Positions 56,101 through 64,000 of a stretch of 64,000 nucleotides of DNA are shown here, piece by piece. Within the stretch, counting starts at the first letter, position 1, and every line of letters starts with the position of its first letter. Source of the stretch: Paraspadella gotoi (lineage: Eukaryota > Animalia > Chaetognatha). The notes below the pieces were generated by a model. It saw nothing but the letters and a program-made list of their open reading frames with translations. It had not been told where the DNA came from and did not search any database. The position numbers and the translations under genes are program-made. The stretch lies in contig CM119269.1 of NCBI GenBank assembly GCA_051294375.1, positions 3,018,026 to 3,082,025 on the forward strand. Direction: 5' to 3'.

Positions 56101-59100
56101 TCCATGCGCAACATTGGCTGCCATCCTTACAGTACTTATATTCTATCTTCTTCACTGGATCAGTGAAAGGCTTTCTGTCGCAAAGTCGAATTCAATGTTA
56201 TTATCAGATTTCTGAACTCTACTGGTGGCTTAAAACTCATTGCTACATGCCGCGTCACCAAAACTCGCAACTCTGTGGCATGGAGAACTTTCTGCCCACG
56301 TGGCTGCAGCTCTCGTCCAACTGGACGCTGGCCGTCATCGCCGTCGAAAGATTCACCACCGTCTGGTGAGAATGTCATTTTGTTTTGATGAACATCTTTG
56401 TTGTTTATGTTCTTGTCGTTGATGCGCTTTTGTTTTTCTCCCTTCAGGTTTCCGACGGCGACTAAAATTTTTTTCTCTCCCAAGAGGGCGTTGATAGTGG
56501 AATTAGGAGTCGTGCTCAGTAAGAAGGCTCTCTCTCTGCCTCTCTCTCATACCAATTTTATACAAACATACAAAAAACATCTTTTATCTTTCAGTATCAT
56601 TCTTCTGGCCCTTACATTTTTTCAAATTCTTGGAATGGGATCCGGCCAAACGATTGTGCACCAACAAACCCGGTTTGAAAGTTTACACAATCATGAGTGG
56701 AATTCTCATTATCATCATTCCTGGTGAGCAAGCATTGCTTAATCTTTTCTTCTCTCAACGTCAATCTGAATGAATAACTTTTCTTTCAGCCACCATAATG
56801 TGCGTCATGAACACCTTGATTATAAAAAAGTTACGACAGGTGAATGTCTAACTACTATTACATTAGTTCAAGTATGTCATCCTTCAGAATCGCTTCCCCC
56901 GGGGCGGGCTGGGGGCGGTGCTGGGGCCCGCGGGGTGGCTCCGCGGGGCGGCCCCGAGGGCAGGCAAATTCTTACCGCCTAGGCGGCCCCCTGTAGCCTC
57001 TTTTTTGGAGCCCAAGGGGCCACTCCAGGGTAATCCCCTGGGGCTAGAAAACCTTTCCCCCTGGGGCTACCCCCAGGGGGTGGATTTTCCTGCCCCCTGG
57101 AACAGCTCTCTCACCCTCCTATCTCTCTCTCCTTCTACTCTCTTCTCTCTCTCTTTCTCTATCTATTTTCTATTTTCATCTTTCATTACAATAAAATATA
57201 AAAATAAAAATAATATTTTTCATTTCAATTTATCAATCAATGAACTAATAGCTGTACTAATACCAATTTGGTCACCTTGCATAATTTAATCAATGACATA
57301 ATTTGGTCAACTGACATAAATTAGTCAACTGATATAATTTAATCAACTTTTAAAATTTGGTAAACTTTTATAATTTGGTAAACTTTCATAATTTGGTAAT
57401 TTTTTTTATAATTTAGTTAACTTGCTTAATTTGGTTAACCTTCATATTTGCTAAACTTTTATAATTTGGTAAACTTTAATAATTTGGTAAACTTCCATAA
57501 TTTGGTAAACTTTCATATTTGGTAAACTTTCATAATTTAATCAATTTGCATAATTCAATCAACTCGCATAATTTGGTCAACTTGCATAATTTGGTCAATT
57601 GCATAGATTTGTCAACTGGCATAAATTGGTCAACTGGTATAAAATTGGTTAATTTTCTTAATTTAGTCAACAGTCATAATTTGGTCAACTTAGATAATTT
57701 GGACAATTTGGATAATTTGGTCAAATTAATTAATTTGGTCAACAATCAACTTAACAATTAGCTAATTAAAAATTTTATCTGATAAAAATAAGAAAGAGAG
57801 AAAAAGAGTGCAAAAATTTTGTTAATAATGTTCAAGTAAAAGTAACTTTTGTTTTTCCATTAAAACTCACTTTCACTTGCACACTTTTTACCCATACACA
57901 AAATTTTATCTTAATTCATCTATGAAATTTTAAATAATAGAATAAAGTGTAGGATGGTTTTAATTTTTTAATTCACTTATAAAAAAAATTAATTAAAAAA
58001 TATTTAATTGATCAATTAATTAATATCAGTCTTTAAGTCCATCCCATATTAGCATTAAACTCCAATTATTCGTGATTAAATAGATGGCTTGGAATAAAAT
58101 TTTGTGTGTGGGTAGAAAAGGATGTGATTGAGCTAGATATAAAGTTTTTGCTCACTCTCTCTCTCAAATCGTCAGCCTCTACTTAACAACGTTAGTTCAT
58201 CTTAAGCAATCTACAAACTGACAATTATTAATTACAAATCTTAAATAAAAAAAGTTTTATTTTATGATGTAGAACTCGTTTAATGTTGATGAATAGTTTT
58301 TATTGTTTTTTGAGGGGGACTCCATAATTCACTAAGTAGGTCTGTCAGTCACTGCCCATTATTTGTTTGGTGATTTATTTAATTTCTTTTTAAACATCAA
58401 ATTATGAATATTTTTTAAAAAAATTATGTCTCTCTCTATCAGTCTATTAGTATGTCCATCCAACAAAAAGAAAAAAAAAAAGAAAAAAAAAAAAAGAATA
58501 AATGACTGATTAGCTTTTTACACTAAATTTTTGTGCTAGTCCTACATTGTTTGCTAAAACTTGTTCTATATCTTTTAACTGAAATAAAATAATTGGGTTA
58601 AAAAATACAAATATTTTAATTTTTAGATAAAATATGTAATAAATGAGTTAACTATTATTTGAAAAAAAATGTATATTTAATTCAGTTACATAAAACAAGT
58701 CTTGAAAGAGAGAGAGAAAAAAAGAGAGAGAAAAAAAATAAAGAGAGAATGAGAAAAAGAGAGAATGAAAAAGAGAGAGAGAAAAAAGAAAAAGGGAGAG
58801 AGAAAGAGAGAGTAACAGACAGGGAGAAATATTCTCAGATATAATAACATAGTCAGAAAGTATATTTTCTCATCTAAACTTTGCTCTCTCTTTAACTCGC
58901 CCTGGGGGAGCAGTTTTTTGCTCCCAAGGGGTTACCCCCAGGGGCAGACTTTTTTGGGCCCCAGGGGCTAAGCATTAGGGCGCCCCTAATAGACTCAAAA
59001 TGTTGGCCCCAGGGGAACCCCCCTGGGGCGGCCCCTGAAGCAATCCAGAGGGGGCGCCCCCTCAATGACCATTTTGCTGCTCCCCCTGGAATAGTCTGCC

Positions 59101-61631
59101 CCTGGGCCGCCCCTAGAGACGCCCGCGGGGCGGAGGATTTGGGAGATGACATATCTCCATTAGTTGTACCAATTTCATAGCTATAATTCCCTCAAACTGC
59201 ATTCGAGTCAGATATTAATACTCCTCATAAAACCGTAAGTCAGGCGATCTTACATTTCTACATTTTTCCTTTTCCGTTAATAAATTCAAAGTCTTTGACA
59301 GAAGTAAGAAAGTGTGACATACTAAACATTTCTTCCCCCCTCCCGTTTCGTTTGTTTTGTCCTACGTTTTGAGTATCTCCCCAATGTTTCGTTAATTAAC
59401 TCTCCATTCCATTTTATTTACACCCCATTAAGTAAATGACAGATAAGGAACCAAGCTTTTCGCTAGTTGTTTATCCTTGTTTATCCACGAGAGAGCGTTT
59501 GGATAAGAGACAAAAATCGCCACAGCTTTTATTTTTAATCAATTCTAACAAATCCAAATTTAGAGATCAAACTTTAAACGAATTTTCAATTAATGTACAT
59601 GTGAAAATATATTGGCTCAGTTTTACTTTAATTATGGCCTACTATAATTGATAGTACGAAATATTAAGCAAATTGTACTGCAGGAGAAATCTGCAGAAAC
59701 AATGCATGCATTTTTTGATGTTTTTCAGAGTGATACTTCCGTAAGTACCAGAAATTCGTATCTAATTTTCTTACGCCTGCTATATTTGAAAATCGCATAA
59801 ACAATTTACTCGGCCGTTGTTTAGAGTAAAACCGTGCCTTTCATACCATTTGGCTTTTACGTATAACGCATAATACATATCGCGTTCAGTTCTCATTGAA
59901 GAAATTCGCTACATTTTAAATGCGAAAAAAACAACAACGGAATATGTAATCTTTTGTAATCATTGTATTTTCTTAGATCACGCGAACGCTGAAACGGTAC
60001 TCGGAGTCACAAGATTTGCGTAAAATGAGTTCTAAGCCGGTAAAATCAAGTAAAAAATAAGCTATCACACACCGATTGAGTCAGTCATAAATTCATAACG
60101 ACCAGGATTCGAACCTGGGAGACGAAGATAAATTGTTCGTCTGCGCGAGCGGCCAAACGGAAAACCGTTGTATCGAAGCTGAGCGCTGCAGTAAAACACA
60201 GGTAAAGAATGTTGGAACTTACTATTTGCAATTAGGGGGGGGGAAAGTTTAGGGAAAAAGTTCAGTGAAAAAGTCAGCGCTAAGTTTTTAGCGAGGAGGA
60301 TAAACTTATCTTAAATTTACGCTTTTAAGGAGAACTCTGCGAAGTCAAGCTCGGAAAACATAAAAAGTAAGTTATTTATTAAAATTACATTTTATAAAAG
60401 TTACAATCATACATAATTCTAATTTTCCTTATAAAAGGAAATTCCACGCTTGGTTCCGAAATCGCTTTTCAAATGGGAAACAGAAAAATAAAGTAAGACA
60501 ATCGAATTTTAACACATTTTTTTTTGGTATACTGTATCAATTTGTATTTAATTGCTTAATGGTAATTTTTACATCAATTAATTATTCACTTTAAAAACGC
60601 AATCCTTTCGTCAGGCGGACTACTCAAGGTCAGTTTTAAGTAAACAGCAACCAGAATAAAAATTGTTCAATTGTTCACAGAATTGTTAACATGGTTATTT
60701 CGTGAATCATCAGGTTTCTGACGGTCGAACGTAATTAATTTAAAGTAATTTAATTATACATTATATTCTAAATCGAAGATTTCAGCTCAAGTAACTCATG
60801 GAAAATGAACGTTTTTTTTGTTTTTAGCTCCACACAAAAAAACAATTTTTTTCACTCATTGCCAGGAATGGAAGTGCTTCGGTCTCGGATCGAAGCTCGA
60901 AACCATCGCGTCGTCATCATGCTCGTCGTCACGTGCTTCGCCTTCATCTGCCTCTGCGTCCCCAACGCCGTCAGTCAGGTCGGTCTGTCGCGCCTCCATC
61001 TGTCAGTTTAGGCCGTTTCTCTGTTCGATCTGAAATGGTACTAATACTGACACAGTACGAATTAAATTAAATGGTTCAAGTAAATTTACATACGAGTGGA
61101 AACGATTGCAACTGATGGTCAACGGCTTGCGGCACCATCTACCTTTTTCCGTTAACCATTTCAGATTATGAAGTACGTCGACGATTCGTTAAGTAACCGG
61201 AACTGGTTTTATTACCTTCGCTACGTCACCTTCACTCTCGCCAAGCTCAATTATTCCATCAACTTTTTTCTCTACTGCATCAGCAGCCAGGATTTCCGTT
61301 TGGAGTTCATAAAGGTCTTCTTGCCATCTCATGGTTGTTATTCGTAACTTATAATAGATGCGAGTTCTTGTTTTTTTTTTTTTTTTCAGATGTGTCGAGA
61401 ATTGTTAAACAAAGTTCGAAAACGACACAAACAACGAGCCTATCGACAAGCAGGTGACTTTACTTGTTGCTTAACACTTATCACTTGGCTTAAGTTTTTT
61501 AAGGTTCGTGAGGTATTTATTCAGGCAACTTGACAGCGAATTCGACGCCTCGTCACATGACGTCCACGACCAAGACGGAATTTATAAACATGACATTTGC
61601 CAAATCGGAAAAAGTCCGACAACTTCCGTGA
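53157..61631 (+). CDS. Rhodopsin-class (class A) GPCR, peptide-receptor-like, with long Cys-rich N-terminus
   Basis: Exons 53157-53278, 53853-54065, 54805-54944, 55825-55925, 56208-56365, 56448-56518, 56595-56724, 56790-56839, 59977-60019, 60330-60366, 60615-60628, 60866-60978, 61165-61314, 61390-61453, 61525-61631. TM1 VVGILAN, TM2 SLAILDNL, TM3 C..AVERF, TM5 IIP, TM6 FICLCVP, TM7 LNYSINFFLY, helix 8 FRLEF. Confidence 0.88.
54189..54437. mobile_element. Possible solo LTR (249 bp) in GPCR intron 2
   Basis: GC-balanced island bounded by TGTG..CACA, flanks tatac/tataa (4/5 match), AATAATA near the 3' end. Confidence 0.4.
54985..55810. repeat. CT-rich minisatellite (~32-38-bp units) filling the GC-AG intron
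   Basis: Units tgatcttctctttctctttcttcttctctgtccttcc. Confidence 0.9.
56875..59151. mobile_element. Non-autonomous TIR DNA transposon (~2.28 kb) in a GPCR intron
   Basis: TA|TGTCATC..GATGACA|TA ends; GC-rich subterminal blocks (~56890-57100 and ~58897-59135) rich in cccctgggg/ccccagggg; AT-rich interior with no credible ORF. Confidence 0.62.
57260..57745. repeat. 18-bp tandem repeat inside the TIR element
   Basis: Units cataatttggt(c/a)aactt(g/t). Confidence 0.88.
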
Positions 61632-62585
61632 AATCAATTTCGCAATTGTACAGTTCAGGATGATTACGTAACAAATAAAAAGATGGTCACATCCTTCGTC
61701 GAATTAATTTGTGTCGGAAAGAGAACTTGCCATATTCTGGAATAACCTGCATTTATTTTACATACCAAAATTTATAAATTATAAACGATTTACGTCTGAT
61801 TTGATCGTTTTAATTTTAACTTGTAATTGATCAAGTTTTCTGAGATATGATGATATTAAGAAAGCCTAAGGAGACCTGAAATAAACTCAATAAATACTTA
61901 CTCAATGACTTTGTTTTACACTTATATTTAGCACCTATCAAACAAATATCACCAAATCTCGGTTTAAATAAGAGGAAAAGACATTTCTCATTGACTTCTA
62001 TTTTCCTACATACAATTTTATACGTATTCCAAATTAAAAAAAAAAACGTTTAACAAATTGAACAAAAAAGGGAGATGACCATTTTTTCAAACGGTTGAAA
62101 ATTACTCGGGAATAAAACTTTGAATGGGAAAACAAACACGGCATCAAAGACTGGGTCATTTCATACTCCGTCGGCGTAAATGATCAACAAACCCGACGTG
62201 AATAATATCAAAGGTTTGAAAAAAAAATATTTACTGAGAAAGCGAAATCGTAAAGAAAAATAATAAAATCGTAAAATTTCTCTTAAAGTTTAAGAGACAC
62301 GTCCGACTATAAACAATTTTAAAATTTAATTGCTAAAATAAAATAAAATTAACAGAAAGGGGGTTTATTAGTGAATGAAAGAATATGGGGGAATCGGGGT
62401 GGGGGGGGGGAAGGGTTCGATTCACAGTTTGACGAAGACGGAATGATTGGGCGAAGCAAGGAGACATTTCTTTTTATTATTGAGGATTGAGGGTTTCAAC
62501 GCCACGTGTCAATGACTTCGCGATGGAAAGGGTCGGGTGAGGAAGAGATGAAGAGTCGACTAGTGGAAATGAAGTTCGAAGAAAT

Positions 62586-63180
62586 TCAACTCCATCCCGA
62601 CGACAACTGCGCCATACCAGCAGCTGCGGCGGCGGCAGCTGCGGCCGCAGCTGCAGCGTCGTTAGGAGAAGCGCCGGAAGTGACTACGGTGGCAGTTGCT
62701 GGACCTGCTGCCGACGACGCTGAAATCGAAAAAAAAAAACCCGGAATTTTGAAAATAAATTTATGGTTCCAAACGGAACCGGGATTCATGCCATCATGGC
62801 TCCTCTCCACCATTTGCTTATTTGGAACAAAAGAGCAATGACGTCGTGGAGAGGAGTGACATGATAGAATAAAAAGTTTTTTATTTTCGTAAATGGAATT
62901 TACCTGTGGTAGTGCAGGAGCAGTAGAGACTACAGGCGCGGCGGCTTCTTTTTTCCGCTTCAACTTTTTCCTTCTGCGATCAATCAACGCTACTTCGCTT
63001 TTGAGCGCCATGTAAACTTTTCGCATCTCCATGAGTTTTTCCTAATATTGAAAATATTTAAAGAGTTAAAATTAAAAATATAAATATCACGGGCAGTGAT
63101 TTTGATCGAGGAATTCAGAAAAAAAACCACTTTTTGCAATATTGCTAGAATATTACCTTCAAAATGATTAATTTTGAATC
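62586..63180 (-). CDS. ARID4: 3' end of an ARID4A/ARID4B-like chromatin regulator; gene probably continues upstream
   Basis: Exons 63157-63180 (DSKLIILK) and 62904-63041 (EKLMEMRKVYMALKSEVALIDRRRKKLKRKKE) resemble the conserved ARID4 C-terminal coiled coil (recalled [30 protein letters not shown]). A poly-Ala terminal segment ends at 62586; its splicing is uncertain. Confidence 0.72.
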
Positions 63181-64000
63181 CTAAGACAAAGTGAGCTCGA
63201 TTACGGATTAATTGAAATCATCTGCTGCATTTTCTAATCAAGAATAAATATCATTTTTGCTACTTTTAATAAAAAAAATTATGTCCATTTTTGTCCATTT
63301 TCACTTTTGTCTTGAGATTTGAATGCCAAGATCATTGAAGAAAATTTTTTACTCCGGCTTTCGGGTCCTTCTTATCTTCTTTACCTCTGAGTTGGTTCAT
63401 TTTCAGTTGGTCATTTATTGTTTACCTATGAATTAATTTTAAATTGACTGGTCAAAAACTACATTTTTACATTTTATTACAATTTGTTAAACAAAAATAC
63501 TTCAAAATGTTCACAATTCTAATAAAATATTCCATATGAATGGTGCTTCTGGTACCTAAAAAATTAGAGCAAAATATTTAATACTTTTGCTGCAAAAAAT
63601 TTTTAAGTCAACTTTTAATTTGTGAGGATTTGTGAGGTGCGTTTTATTTGAACTAAAACACGGTTTTTAACTCATTTTATAGTTTTAACAGATGATAAAC
63701 ATACTAAGGTTGACAAATAAAAAAACCGCCTTCTTTATTGAAAGGGGAAGCGTCAGCAAATTAATTTCTCTCAATCGACAGCTTTTTGCGGAAAAATTTC
63801 CGCAAAAATCTGTCGATTTTTTAAATCTGCTTGGCAACCAAACTTTGAATAAATCATACGCTACCGAAGTTTTCGCGAAATAAAATTAGGAGAGAAAAAA
63901 GTTTATTTTTGTTTACAAACAACGACTTTTATTTTTGAAACGGACATGTTTCGATTCTTTTTCGAGTCTTCTGATTTTATAAGAAATTTGTCAAACATTA

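Noticed and set aside
60095-60200. tRNA gene around minus-strand GGTTCGAATCC
   Set aside because: Only a B-box/T-arm hairpin (ccaggttcgaatcctgg) is clear; no cloverleaf, so probably a SINE remnant.

Overview
Eukaryotic (invertebrate-animal-like) genomic DNA: GC-rich exons in AT- and microsatellite-rich introns, one N gap (19878-19902) and several probable indel errors. Most listed ORFs are microsatellite noise; real genes appear only after manual splicing. Six spliced genes can be modelled: a coiled-coil FAM81-like gene (+, 600-3538); a Cys-less pentameric ligand-gated ion channel (-, at least 3865-15413) whose M3/M4 exons were not found in the window; an alpha-2-macroglobulin-family thioester protein (+, 21434-42774); a short TLDc-domain gene (+, ~45612-50176); a rhodopsin-class GPCR with a Cys-rich N-terminus (+, 53157-61631); and the 3' end of an ARID4-like gene (-, 62586-63180+). 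Also present: a TIR element, a possible solo LTR, tRNA-derived SINE-like fragments, an interspersed repeat family, two degenerate hammerhead-like motifs and many tandem repeats. The best leads are the signal-peptide-less Cys-less channel with a cassette microexon in loop C, a candidate exitron in the A2M thioester domain, and coupled microexons in the GPCR. All gene models and family calls come from manual reading and recalled motifs; no database search was run, and I cannot show that any of this is a new system.
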